From sequence record SRR20825019_2184: DNA of 37,703 nucleotides. One strand, given 5' to 3'. The notes below the pieces were generated by a model that saw only the letters and a list, made by a program, of their open reading frames with translations, did not search any database and had not been told where the DNA came from. How positions within the stretch are numbered: position 1 is the stretch's first letter; every line of letters starts with the position of its first letter. Positions 10,752-20,537 of the stretch are shown here, piece by piece. The position numbers were made by a program, and so were the translations under genes.

Positions 10752-10885
10752 AGGCCTTTTCTAGCCTTCGTGTTTCAAAATACACCGTCACATCGTGATG
10801 CTTCCGGACAATCTTAGGAGATTCAGGAATCGAATTCGACACGAATACCCCCTGATCGACCGTTCCTTGAGGAGCTAGGTCGTAA

Positions 10886-10914
10886 TTGACCGAAGCCACT
10901 CCTAACCGCAAACT
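10886..10914 (+). promoter_or_regulatory. candidate sigma-70 promoter for the ACT-domain gene (near-leaderless)
   Basis: TTGACC (10886-10891), 17 nt, CAAACT (10909-10914), then 8 nt to ATG 10923 with no Shine-Dalgarno. Confidence 0.45.
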
Positions 10915-10922
10915 TCCCTTCT

Positions 10923-11378
10923 ATGCCCGAGGTCTCGACCACCAACGCCCTCGATCCCGTGAAGCAATTCTCGGTCTTCGCTGAGAATCATGTCGGCCGT
11001 CTTTACGACCTCACATCATTATTGAAAAACTACAACGTGCACATCGTCGCCACGACGATTCTCGATACGACCGACAGTGCGATCATCCGCCTGATCGTCG
11101 ATGATCCCGATCGCGCCCGTGAGCTGATGGTGAACAACGATTTCCCCTATACCGAATGCACCGTGCTCGCGGTCGAAATCGCCGATGAATCACGGCTTAA
11201 AGGCGTGCTCGCCGCCCTCCTCGAAGCCGAGATTAACATTCATTACATCTACTCTTTTCTCAAACGCCCCGAAGGCCGCTCCGCCCTTGTGATCAGCGTC
11301 GAAGACGCCGAGACCGCCGCTCAGGCTCTCAACGGCCGCGGGCATAAAGTGCTGACCCAAGGCGACATCTCGCGATGA
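10923..11378 (+). CDS. tandem ACT-domain protein
   Basis: KQFSVFAENHVGRL...IIRLIVDDPDRA and a second ACT VLAVEIAD...LKGVLAALLEAEINIHYIYSF, typical of stand-alone ~150-aa double-ACT proteins. Confidence 0.85.
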   Translation: MPEVSTTNALDPVKQFSVFAENHVGRLYDLTSLLKNYNVHIVATTILDTTDSAIIRLIVDDPDRARELMVNNDFPYTECTVLAVEIADESRLKGVLAALLEAEINIHYIYSFLKRPEGRSALVISVEDAETAAQALNGRGHKVLTQGDISR

Positions 11379-11406
11379 ACCACAACCCCGGTCACAACAC
11401 GTTCTC

Positions 11407-11557
11407 GTAGCTGAATATGAGCCCGCAAAGCGGGAGAATATTTGGCCCTCGCCTTAATGAGTTTTACGACAAAGCACGTAAGACTCCCGGCCCACCGGGA
11501 CGGTTCGCCCTACCGAAATTGCAGCCAAATTAACGGCTGGCCGATTAACTTCGTTAC
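11407..11557. repeat. cluster of GTAG-initiated REP-like palindromes
   Basis: (i) GTAGCTGAATATGAGCCCGCAAAGCGGGAGAATATTTGGC at 11407-11446. (ii) Minus-strand GTAGGGCGAACCGTCCCGGTGGGCCGGGAG at 11484-11513. (iii) Degenerate TTAACGGC-TG-GCCGATTAA hairpin at ~11521-11557. All lie between convergent genes. Confidence 0.55.
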
Positions 11558-11594
11558 CGCACAGTTCCTGCGCGATCACTGCCTCCAGTTCACC

Positions 11595-13307
11595 TCAATG
11601 CGAATCGCGCGTCACGACCGAGCCGGATTTGCCCAGCAGAAAATCGAAATCGCAGCCCTCGTCGGCCTGCATCACGTGGTCGATGTAGAGCTTGGCGTAA
11701 CCGCGATCCGCAATCGGTGGCGCCGCCGTCCACGCCGCCCGACGACTTGCGAGCTCGGCATCATCCACATCGAGATGTAAGCGCCGTCCCGCCACATCGA
11801 CTTCGATCATATCGCCATCGCGAACCAAGGCCAGATTGCCACCGACCGCCGCTTCCGGAGCGACATGGAGAAACACCGTGCCATAAGCCGTGCCACTCAT
11901 CCGGCCATCGCTGATCCGAATCATATCTTTCACGCCCTGATCCAAGAGCTTCTTCGGCAGACCCATGTTCCCCACCTCCGGCATACCGGGATAACCACAA
12001 GGCCCCACCATCTTCAGCACCAGAATACAGGTCTCATCCACATCGAGATCCTCATCGTTAATCCGCGCATGATAATCCTCAATCGTTTCAAACACCACCG
12101 CGCGACCACGATGCTGCAAAAGCTCGGGACTCGCCGCCGACGGCTTCAGAATCGCCCCCCGCTCGGCGAGATTCCCCCGCATCACGGCAATACTCGCATT
12201 GTCTTTCAGTAACGCGTTTTCGCTGCTGCGAATCACCTCCTGATTATAACACTCCGCGTCTTGGTTATTCTCCCGGAGCGAACGGCCGTTCACCGTCACA
12301 CAGTCTCCATGCAGCTTCGCCGTAATCTCTTTCAAGACCACCGGAAGACCGCCAGCATAATAGAAATCTTCCATCAAATATTGGCCCGACGGCATCAAAT
12401 TCACCAGCAAGGGCACATCGCGTCCCAATCGGTCGAAGTCTTCCAAATTGAGCGGCACCTCCAAGCGTCGCGCGAGCGCAAGCAGATGAAGCACCGCATT
12501 GGTCGAACCACCAATCGCCGCGAGGACCTTGATCGCATTCTCCAACGCCTCGCGTGTGAGAATCTGTGACATCTTCATATCCTCACGCACCATCTCGACA
12601 ATCCGACTGCCGGACAGCTGCGCCAACACGTAGCGCCGAGCATCCACCGCCGGGATCGCCGCGCCCCCGGGCAAGGTCATCCCCAACCCTTCGACCAGAC
12701 ACGCCATCGTCGACGCCGTGCCCATCGTGTTACAGTGCCCGTTGCTGCGATTCATGCAGCCCTCCGCATCGTTAAACTGTTCGCAGGTGATCTGACCGCA
12801 GCGCAGTTGCTCACTGAACTTCCACACATCCGTGCCCGAGCCAATATCCTTCCCCTTGAACTTCCCGTTCAACATCGGGCCGCCGGGCACCACAATCGTC
12901 GGTAAATCCACACTCGCCGCCCCCATCAGGGGGCCCGGAGTGGTTTTATCACAACCCGTTAAAAGCACGACCCCATCGATCGGATTTCCCCGAATTGATT
13001 CCTCCACATCCATGCTCATGAGGTTGCGAAACAGGGCCGCCGTCGGTCTCAACAACGGCTCTCCCAAGGACATCACGGGAAACTCCACCGCAAATCCTCC
13101 GGCCTCGGACACCCCGCGTTTCACGCTCTCGGCGATCCGACGAAAATGCGCATTGCACGGCGTGAGTTCCGACCACGTCTGGCAAATTCCGATGATTGGC
13201 CGACCGTCAAATTCATGCTGGGGGATCCCCTGATTTTTCATCCACGAGCGATGGATAAATCCCGATTTGTCGTTCTTTCCGAACCAGTCTTGGCTGCGTA
13301 GTTTCAT
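11595..13307 (-). CDS. IlvD/Edd-family Fe-S sugar-acid dehydratase (L-arabinonate dehydratase-like)
   Basis: ELTPCNAH, TGCDKT, GHCNTMGTASTM, GGSTN, SDGRMSGT, HVAPEA. N-terminal LRSQDWF and C-terminal DSH resemble the pentonate/hexonate dehydratase branch rather than biosynthetic IlvD. Confidence 0.92.
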   Translation of the reverse strand: MKLRSQDWFGKNDKSGFIHRSWMKNQGIPQHEFDGRPIIGICQTWSELTPCNAHFRRIAESVKRGVSEAGGFAVEFPVMSLGEPLLRPTAALFRNLMSMDVEESIRGNPIDGVVLLTGCDKTTPGPLMGAASVDLPTIVVPGGPMLNGKFKGKDIGSGTDVWKFSEQLRCGQITCEQFNDAEGCMNRSNGHCNTMGTASTMACLVEGLGMTLPGGAAIPAVDARRYVLAQLSGSRIVEMVREDMKMSQILTREALENAIKVLAAIGGSTNAVLHLLALARRLEVPLNLEDFDRLGRDVPLLVNLMPSGQYLMEDFYYAGGLPVVLKEITAKLHGDCVTVNGRSLRENNQDAECYNQEVIRSSENALLKDNASIAVMRGNLAERGAILKPSAASPELLQHRGRAVVFETIEDYHARINDEDLDVDETCILVLKMVGPCGYPGMPEVGNMGLPKKLLDQGVKDMIRISDGRMSGTAYGTVFLHVAPEAAVGGNLALVRDGDMIEVDVAGRRLHLDVDDAELASRRAAWTAAPPIADRGYAKLYIDHVMQADEGCDFDFLLGKSGSVVTRDSH

Positions 13308-14110
13308 GAAGTGCCCGCGACGCGGGTGTTTTGCCCGAGACCTTCGGGACCGAGACCTTGGTAACCGCCGTCTACGGGCAGATCCACGGCGGTGATAAAG
13401 GAGGCCGCATCGCTCAATAAGAAGAGCACAGCAGCGGCGATTTCATCAGTCTGCCCCATCCGGCGCAACATACAAAAATCGCCCCAAATCTTTTCATACT
13501 TCTCGCGATCAAAATCCGCCGCCTTGTCATTTTCACGTGTCCACACCCAGCCCGGACTCACGCTGTTCACCCGGATCTTCGCCGGCGCCAGATCGAGCGC
13601 CATGCACTTCGTAACCTGATGCACCGCTCCCTTCCCCGCATTATAAGTCCAGCGATTCGGCTGCGCGATAAAGGCGGAAATACTCGAAACGTTCACAATC
13701 GCCCCGCCACCTGACGCGCGCATCGATTCAGACACCAACTGCGCCATTTTCGTGTAGGCAAACAAGCCCACATCAAACGACCGATGCCAATCTTCACGGC
13801 TCGCGTCGGTCGCCTTGGCGATAAACGAAAACGCATTGTTCACCAACAGATCAACGCGACCGAAGCGCTCGATCACCGAGGCGACCGTGGCTTCGCAAAA
13901 AGACTCATCCCCCATGTCCCCGCCAAACGCCATGCAATCCAATCCCGCCTTCGCAAAGGCTGTTTCGCCTTCCTCCACATCCGCCGGTAAACTGGTCCAT
14001 GCCACCGTCGCGCCATCCCCGGCCAACGCCAAGGCAATCGCCTGACCAATCCCCGAAGAACCACCGGTGACGATGGCCACTTTATTACTGAAACGGGCGG
14101 AACTGTTCAT
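13304..14110 (-). CDS. short-chain dehydrogenase/reductase (SDR)
   Basis: TGGSSGIG, LVNNA, catalytic S...YNAGK, NSVSPG, PVDGG. Overlaps the dehydratase start by 4 nt (ATGA coupling). Confidence 0.95.
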   Translation of the reverse strand: MNSSARFSNKVAIVTGGSSGIGQAIALALAGDGATVAWTSLPADVEEGETAFAKAGLDCMAFGGDMGDESFCEATVASVIERFGRVDLLVNNAFSFIAKATDASREDWHRSFDVGLFAYTKMAQLVSESMRASGGGAIVNVSSISAFIAQPNRWTYNAGKGAVHQVTKCMALDLAPAKIRVNSVSPGWVWTRENDKAADFDREKYEKIWGDFCMLRRMGQTDEIAAAVLFLLSDAASFITAVDLPVDGGYQGLGPEGLGQNTRVAGTS

Positions 14111-14187
14111 GGGGTCGATTCAACATGGGGTAATCGCGAGTATCTGCACAGTGTCATCCGGTCCCCCAAATGAAAACCACAAACTAT

Positions 14188-15771
14188 TCAGAGCGATTCG
14201 TCATGACTGCGCATGAAGCGAAGGATACCGCGATACTCTGCTTCCTGACGATTGTTCACCTCCAAAAAACCGTCGAGGCTAAGTTGGTTCGAACCCTCAC
14301 TCTCTTCGGATAGCCCCAGGGCCCAACTGGACACAATCGACATCTCCTGTTGGCGGAGTGTGCGACGTAACGTCGTGGTTTGTGATTTAACCCAGACCGG
14401 AATCTCTTCAGGAGATTCTTCATCCATCACCTTTGCAAAGGCTTCCACCCCTCCGTCTTGTTGGTAGAGTCGGTAAGAATTCTGCCGGTAGGTCATCAGG
14501 TTGCCCCGGGTGTTGATGACATCATAGAGGCCATCGGGAAAACCCGGTTTGAGGTTGAGTTTGGACTCATCGTCCTGGTCGTCGACCGAAACACGCCAAT
14601 TGGTCTCAGACCTCAACAAAGTCATCATCTCAGAGCCTGTTAGAAATTGCAGAAAATCTACCGCCTGCTCCTGCAAAGGCGATCGCAACACTCCCAGAGT
14701 GAGCGACGAGGTCCCCGACATCTCCGTGACCGGCCCGATCACATATTGTCCAAAAACAGGATCCGATTTATCCGGCACCGGAAAGCTCGCTTCGCCCACT
14801 TTGAATGGGGCCAGCTCTTCCAAATAGGAAAGATCGACATGCGCTCCGCTCACCCCGAAGGAACGACCCTGTGCAAATTCCATAATGCCGTCCGGCTTTT
14901 GTAACTGCAGGAACCCAGGGTTCATCGACTGACTCGCATCGCGCATCAGTCGCAACCCCGCCTGCACTTCTTCACTGTGGTAATTCCAACGGCCTTCCAG
15001 AAAGCCCAAGGCCGAATCGCGCCCGGAGAGTTGTAAATCATAATTGCGATCTAAGGAAAAGAGGAGCGACTGGGTCACACTCCCGAACAGCATTTTAAAC
15101 CAGCTGTAAGAGGAGTAAGTCGAAGTTGCCATCGGCATGACGCGCCGGTGATCACCCAGCGACACCTCCTGATCGTTAAGTCTTTCGAGCAGAGCTTTGA
15201 ACTCTTGGTAATTCCATTCCCGCTCGTCTCCAAGACGGTCCGCGCTCAGTTTTTCATTATAAAAGAATCGATAACCTCCCATGATCAGGGGAATCCCAAA
15301 ATACGCGCGCAATTTATCATTGTAGGCATCACGCGAATTAAGTCCGTCCAGAAACGTATCCCGCCAAGCCACCCCTTTGGCCTCGTCGCCTTGTCGGTGG
15401 GGATTCGGTTTTTCGACCCACGAATCGAGGACCGTAAAACGGTGCATCACCATGTCTTCCACCCCCGGATTGAAATAGGCAAATTGCATGATCTCCGGAG
15501 CCATCTCTCCAATGATCTGGGTGCGTTGCCACTGCGGATAAACCTGTCGTGGCACATCCATCTGCTTGATCCTCACATTCGGATTCAACTTCTCATACGC
15601 CGCCCCCGCCTTATCCAAAAACCTGCGAAAATTGGGATCCAGGGTAAAGTGCCCCACCCGGATCGTAACCATGCCCGGTTCATTTGTAGTCGCGACGTAA
15701 TTTTTCCGCGTCATCCATAAAGCCCCGATCGTCGCCACCACGATTAGAGCGTATCCAAATTGCACTTTCAT
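14188..15771 (-). CDS. sugar-type extracellular solute-binding protein, N-terminal membrane anchor (paralog A)
   Basis: Hydrophobic N-terminus without lipobox Cys. AYEKLNPNVRIKQ, APEIMQF, YFGIP..GGYRFFYNE and QAVDFLQFLTG fit the family-1 SBP pattern. Confidence 0.8.
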   Translation of the reverse strand: MKVQFGYALIVVATIGALWMTRKNYVATTNEPGMVTIRVGHFTLDPNFRRFLDKAGAAYEKLNPNVRIKQMDVPRQVYPQWQRTQIIGEMAPEIMQFAYFNPGVEDMVMHRFTVLDSWVEKPNPHRQGDEAKGVAWRDTFLDGLNSRDAYNDKLRAYFGIPLIMGGYRFFYNEKLSADRLGDEREWNYQEFKALLERLNDQEVSLGDHRRVMPMATSTYSSYSWFKMLFGSVTQSLLFSLDRNYDLQLSGRDSALGFLEGRWNYHSEEVQAGLRLMRDASQSMNPGFLQLQKPDGIMEFAQGRSFGVSGAHVDLSYLEELAPFKVGEASFPVPDKSDPVFGQYVIGPVTEMSGTSSLTLGVLRSPLQEQAVDFLQFLTGSEMMTLLRSETNWRVSVDDQDDESKLNLKPGFPDGLYDVINTRGNLMTYRQNSYRLYQQDGGVEAFAKVMDEESPEEIPVWVKSQTTTLRRTLRQQEMSIVSSWALGLSEESEGSNQLSLDGFLEVNNRQEAEYRGILRFMRSHDESL

Positions 15772-16589
15772 AAACGGGTTTCTTCAAGTTTGCGCACTTC
15801 TTCTTTGACCATGTAATTACGGGTATCAGACGGAAACTCGCTCAGAAAGACCCGAAAAGCAGCAATGGCTTTCCCCGGCTCATCGGCCAAGGAGGCCACC
15901 CGGCCAACTTGCACTAGTAAGTCGGCGCGATTCTTACCCGCCACCACTCCCAGTTCCTCAGCCGCCGTCAAATGTTCGAGCGCTGCTGCCAATTCCTGCC
16001 GTTCGAGCAGAAAGGCTGCCAGCATCTGATGAAAATCACTGAGGGAGCTCTTGCGCACCGGACGCTCAAATTCGGCGATCATCGTCTCCACGGTGTCCTC
16101 ATCCACGTCGGTTGGCAGGTTGTGCAACTGCAATAATGCCAATTTTACCGCGGCATTATCCGCCAGGCGGTTATGAGGAAACCGCTGCCGCAACTGCCGG
16201 TAATGATGCGCCGCTTCCTCTTCACGACCTTCCCGAAAGATGTGCTCGATCCGCGCCAACAGATAGTATCCCGCCGCCTGATAATCACTGCGTTCCGGCT
16301 GGTTAACGAGCGCCGTGAGGATTTCGGTCGCGCGATCAACATTCTGCGGGGTTTGCGGATACTTCCCCAAATATACCGCCGCCTGCCCCAGTTGCTTTTC
16401 CGGGGAGTCCGGAATTGCTTCCGCCTCAAAATCAAGTGAGGCCGCGGAGGCCGAATATCGCGCCAGCATCTCCCACCCGTGGCGTAGATCTGGCTTTGGT
16501 TCCGCGCAGATCACACTGCTACCGGAGCACAAGCCCATGACGATCAATATCCAGGAACAAAAATTAAAAACTGCCGTGTTAGAATTCAT
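15768..16589 (-). CDS. exported TPR-repeat protein
   Basis: Signal-like N-terminus, then TPR-like segments YQAAGYYLLARIEH, AAHHYRQLRQRFPHNRLADNA, AIAAFRVFLSEFPSD. ATGA overlap with the downstream SBP. Confidence 0.8.
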   Translation of the reverse strand: MNSNTAVFNFCSWILIVMGLCSGSSVICAEPKPDLRHGWEMLARYSASAASLDFEAEAIPDSPEKQLGQAAVYLGKYPQTPQNVDRATEILTALVNQPERSDYQAAGYYLLARIEHIFREGREEEAAHHYRQLRQRFPHNRLADNAAVKLALLQLHNLPTDVDEDTVETMIAEFERPVRKSSLSDFHQMLAAFLLERQELAAALEHLTAAEELGVVAGKNRADLLVQVGRVASLADEPGKAIAAFRVFLSEFPSDTRNYMVKEEVRKLEETRL

Positions 16590-16697
16590 GGTGAGTAATA
16601 GGCTAAGACGAACGGATCGACGTTTTTCCTCACAGGAAACGCCGCGTTATGCTTAAAAAAAGAATGGCGGTTTCGGATGCCGAGTAGTGGTGTGATC

Positions 16698-18275
16698 TCA
16701 ATTCGAGCCATGCTGTCTGGAGAGGAAACGCATGATCCTCAGATACTCCGCTTCACGTCGATTGTTTACATCGAAAATTTCGGTAAGCCTCTGCCCGGAG
16801 CCTGTATCGCCATCGTCGGTTTCCTCAAGCAACGAACGGGCCAACAGGGCGGTCTCCTGCTGCCGGAGCGACTGATGAAGATCTCTGGCCTGGGATTTCA
16901 ACCAGGGAATCATCTCGGCCGAGCTCTCTCGATTCATCGTCCGTGCGAACTGCTCCGGGCCATCATCGGATTGGAAGAGCTGATGAAAATTCTGCCTGAA
17001 AGTCAGCACATTGCTCCGGTTATTCATCATGTCATACAGCGTGTCGGGATAGCCCAATTTCAGATCCGTCCCATCGCCGCGATTCGGTTCTTTGACGGCC
17101 AGCCGCCATTGAGTTTTTTCCCGCAGCAACGCCGTCATTTCCGTTCCCGTCAGGAAGCGAAGAAAATCAATAGCCTGCTCCTGAACCGGAGATCGCATCA
17201 CCCCGAAGGTGACGGACGAGGTGCCGTGCACCTCGGTGACCGGTCCGAGCACATACCGGCCATAGACGGGGTCGTTCTGATCCGGAACAGGAAAGGAGGT
17301 GCCCTTAACCTCAAAAGGAGCGATCGCCGGTAAATACGACATATCAAGATGTCCGCTTCCGACTGCCATGGCACGCTCCTGCACAAACTGCACGATCCCA
17401 TCCTGACGTTTGATCTGATCAAAACCCGCATGCATCAGTTTCCCGGCATCATGGATGAGCTGTAGCCCCGCCTGCACTTCCTCCGTTTCGTAGCTCCATT
17501 GATTTTCCAAAAAAGCCAACGACAACTCCCAATCATTCACGACTAAATCCCCGTCTCGATCCAGCTCCAGAATGAGAGGTTGAGTCACACTCGTGAACAG
17601 TTTTCGAAACATCACATAGGACGAATAATCCGAGGCGACCAAGACCTTCCGGGGATGATCACCAGCCGTAAGTCCACTGCCTTGCGACAGACGAGCCGCC
17701 ATCTCTAGAAACTCACGGTAACCCCATGGCGGCTCGGGCATGCCCCATTCCTCTCGCATCGATTCGTTATAAATCAAACGATATCCACCCATGACAAAGG
17801 GGATTCCAAAATAAGCTCTGATTTTGGCATTATACGAATCTCGGGATAACAGGGCATCGTGAAACGAATCCTTCCAGGTGATCTGATCGCTTTTCCGGTA
17901 AGGATTCGGCGTCTGCACCCAACGGTCCAAGACCACAAATTTGTGCAGCACCATCTCTTCCACTCCTTCATCGATAAATGAAAATTGCATAATCTCCGGG
18001 GCCATTTCCCCCACGATCTGCGTGCGCTGCCATTGCCGGTAAACTTGGCGCGGCACCCTCAGCTGTCTGATTTCCACCTCAGGATGCAAACGGCTATAGG
18101 CTGCCGAAGCTTCCGTGATGAAATCCTGAAAATTGGGATCGAGCGTAAAATAGCCGATCCGCAGAAGTGTCACTCCGGTTTTCGCCTCCGACTCAGTGTG
18201 ATTGCGACGAGACAGAAACAGGGCAATCACGATGAGCCCCAACACGATACCGTATCTGAGATGTTTGGTAGTCAT
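16698..18275 (-). CDS. sugar-type extracellular solute-binding protein, N-terminal membrane anchor (paralog B)
   Basis: Clearly paralogous to 14188-15771 (FTLDPNF, VPRQVY.QWQRTQI.GEMAPEIMQF, RAYFGIP, EEVQAGL, GPVTE..GTSS). Start moved to ATG 18275 (MTTKHLRY) because the track start lies inside the upstream hairpin. Confidence 0.8.
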   Translation of the reverse strand: MTTKHLRYGIVLGLIVIALFLSRRNHTESEAKTGVTLLRIGYFTLDPNFQDFITEASAAYSRLHPEVEIRQLRVPRQVYRQWQRTQIVGEMAPEIMQFSFIDEGVEEMVLHKFVVLDRWVQTPNPYRKSDQITWKDSFHDALLSRDSYNAKIRAYFGIPFVMGGYRLIYNESMREEWGMPEPPWGYREFLEMAARLSQGSGLTAGDHPRKVLVASDYSSYVMFRKLFTSVTQPLILELDRDGDLVVNDWELSLAFLENQWSYETEEVQAGLQLIHDAGKLMHAGFDQIKRQDGIVQFVQERAMAVGSGHLDMSYLPAIAPFEVKGTSFPVPDQNDPVYGRYVLGPVTEVHGTSSVTFGVMRSPVQEQAIDFLRFLTGTEMTALLREKTQWRLAVKEPNRGDGTDLKLGYPDTLYDMMNNRSNVLTFRQNFHQLFQSDDGPEQFARTMNRESSAEMIPWLKSQARDLHQSLRQQETALLARSLLEETDDGDTGSGQRLTEIFDVNNRREAEYLRIMRFLSRQHGSN

Positions 18276-18329
18276 TTCACTCTTTTGAATAGCCGACTGC
18301 AATCCAGGAACCCGCCCTAATAAACGCAA

Positions 18330-18357
18330 GGTCCCGCGATGAAAACACCGCGGGACC
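18330..18357 (-). terminator. stem-loop after the TonB-dependent receptor (terminator or mRNA-stabilising hairpin)
   Basis: Minus strand GGTCCCGCGGTG-TTTT-CATCGCGGGACC followed by TTGCGTTT, 38 nt after the receptor stop. Confidence 0.7.
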
Positions 18358-18395
18358 AAGAATACCTAACTAACCACTAACAAAGTTGAAACGAA

Positions 18396-20537
18396 TTAGA
18401 ACCGATAGGTCGCCGTGAGCTTCGCATTGCGAGGAGCCCCCATATTGGCATATCCGGTCACGTTGAAACCACCCGGAGAATATAATTTGTCCTCCAGATT
18501 TTCCACGTTAAGAGAGAGACTCAAACGCTCGTTGAAACGATAGTTCACAAAGGCATTCCAGACCGTCCAAGCCGGCCACCCAATCGTGCCGCTCTGCAGG
18601 CGAAAGCCTTGATGATACATTGTGGTGCCAACCGTAACCCCGGAATCGAAATCATACTTGGCAATCAAGCTGTAGGTTTCGTTCACCGAATTATTCAGTC
18701 TTACACCGGTATCCGTGTCTTTGATGTCACCCTTGTAATAAGTGGCGATAACTTGAGAATTCTCGGTCGGTTTAAACGCTAGCTCGACCTCAAAGCCCTT
18801 ATTATTCTGCTCACCAGAAGCGAGCCAGAAGCCCGGATGATCGAAGTCCTGCACGCGGATCCCCGAAGCGGTCAGATCAAAGTAAGTGATCGAACCAACG
18901 AGACGCTCATCGGCAGTATTAAACTTCACCCCAATATCGACCACTTCACCTTCGGTCGAAGGCAGGTAATTCCCGAGGTAGTCACGATTGGTCTGGGGCA
19001 GGAAGGTCGATGAATTATTGGCAAAAAAGGACAACGATTTCAACGGACGATAAACCACGCCATAACGATGAGTGGTTTCACGCACCGTCTGTTCGCGGGT
19101 AATATCTCCTGCGGGGAAATCGAAGCTTTGATTCTGCACATAGTTGCGGGCCAATCCCGCCACCACCGCCAATTTCTTCTCAAAGAGATTCACCGTATGC
19201 GAATAAGAGACATGACCCGTGTCACCGACGCCTTGGCCCCAGTAAGGAACGTTCACATCGGCAGGCAACGGAGGGAGCGAGCTGTTGAACACCGGAGTAT
19301 CAATCGAGGTCGTGCCCAAGAAAAACGTCTGGCGTCCCGAACGGGATGACATGCGATCCGCGTAGAGTCCGACGAAGGATTCATGCGAAAGCCCAAAGAG
19401 GTCATATTTTCCCACCAAATCCAGTGAGAATACCGTCAACTTGGCATCGGTGAAGTTATGGAAATAGTTCCGGGACCAAGTCCGGTTTACCCAGTCAACG
19501 TTCCCCGCAGGGCGAATATCAAAATCCTTCCGATCATGGTTATTCCGGTAAACCATGAGTTGTGCGTCCCACGAATCATTGAAATGATGTTCGACCGTTA
19601 AACGGATTTTTTCGCGGGCAAATGTAGCTTCCGACCAGTCTTCTTTCCAAAGCTGGTTGGCTCCCTTGTCTGAGCCGACGTAGAGACCGGAGAGGTCTTC
19701 CGTGAAAAACCCTAGGGGCACTCCACCGGTGCGCTGTTCACTGATTTCTCCCTGCAGTCGAAACGTGGTGTTGGGGAATTCCAATTGGAGAGCGGGAAAA
19801 AATACTTCCCGATCGTCCTTATTTCCAGTGGGGAATCCCTTATCGCGCTGAATACCGGCAACCATCCGGTAGGATAGCTCGCCGCTCGAACCGAAAAGCG
19901 AATCCGTAATCGGCCCTTTCAGATCCGCTTCAACCCGGCTGAAGTTCTCCGAGCCAAAAATACCACGCACCATGTAGCCGGGATCCATACTCGGCTTCTT
20001 AGTCGATCGCATGATGATGCCAGCCAGTGTAGGGCGACCACCGTAGAGCACTGCCGCAGGACCTCGCAAGACTTCATAGGAATCCACGTTGGCGGAATCT
20101 CCGTTATTGAAGGTGCTATCCCAGACACCGTCTTCAAGGATCACATTGGACCGAAAACCACGCATGTGGGGTTGGTTCCCTTTATGCTCGGAGCTAATAC
20201 CGGCAGCCGCATATTTAACAATATCGACTTCGTTACGAAATTGACCGAGGTCATCGATCAAATCGCGGGGCACCACCGTAATGGCCTGCGGGATATCCAA
20301 CAGCTCTTTGCGACTGCGAAAACCAGATGTAGCGTGGTGACTCAGATAACCACCACCTTGGGTGGATTCCACCTGAAAGGCAGAGAGTTCAATGACTTCG
20401 TTATCCTGTTTAGTGGCATCGGAATCTGAATCAGTCTCTTGAGCATAAACAATTCCTGCTCCGAACAGGGATAAAAGGCAGACATGGCAATATTTGCGCA
20501 CGTGCCCGCGTAATCGGACAACTGGTGTAGTTTTCAT
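18396..20537 (-). CDS. TonB-dependent outer-membrane receptor
   Basis: Signal peptide ending VYA-QE. Plug motifs DIPQAITVV, MRGF, SYEVLRGPAAVLYG. Barrel end LSLNVENLEDKLY...PRNAKLTATYRF with terminal Phe. Start moved to ATG 20537. Confidence 0.95.
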   Translation of the reverse strand: MKTTPVVRLRGHVRKYCHVCLLSLFGAGIVYAQETDSDSDATKQDNEVIELSAFQVESTQGGGYLSHHATSGFRSRKELLDIPQAITVVPRDLIDDLGQFRNEVDIVKYAAAGISSEHKGNQPHMRGFRSNVILEDGVWDSTFNNGDSANVDSYEVLRGPAAVLYGGRPTLAGIIMRSTKKPSMDPGYMVRGIFGSENFSRVEADLKGPITDSLFGSSGELSYRMVAGIQRDKGFPTGNKDDREVFFPALQLEFPNTTFRLQGEISEQRTGGVPLGFFTEDLSGLYVGSDKGANQLWKEDWSEATFAREKIRLTVEHHFNDSWDAQLMVYRNNHDRKDFDIRPAGNVDWVNRTWSRNYFHNFTDAKLTVFSLDLVGKYDLFGLSHESFVGLYADRMSSRSGRQTFFLGTTSIDTPVFNSSLPPLPADVNVPYWGQGVGDTGHVSYSHTVNLFEKKLAVVAGLARNYVQNQSFDFPAGDITREQTVRETTHRYGVVYRPLKSLSFFANNSSTFLPQTNRDYLGNYLPSTEGEVVDIGVKFNTADERLVGSITYFDLTASGIRVQDFDHPGFWLASGEQNNKGFEVELAFKPTENSQVIATYYKGDIKDTDTGVRLNNSVNETYSLIAKYDFDSGVTVGTTMYHQGFRLQSGTIGWPAWTVWNAFVNYRFNERLSLSLNVENLEDKLYSPGGFNVTGYANMGAPRNAKLTATYRF

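Noticed and set aside
11442-11780. 112-aa plus-strand ORF in the ACT/dehydratase gap
   Set aside because: Runs through REP-like palindromes and into the dehydratase antisense strand. TTG start, no motif.
11595-13307. Calling this gene biosynthetic ilvD (it lies next to an ACT protein)
   Set aside because: Terminal motifs and coupling to an SDR in a sugar locus fit a sugar-acid dehydratase. The ACT gene is convergent and separately promoted.
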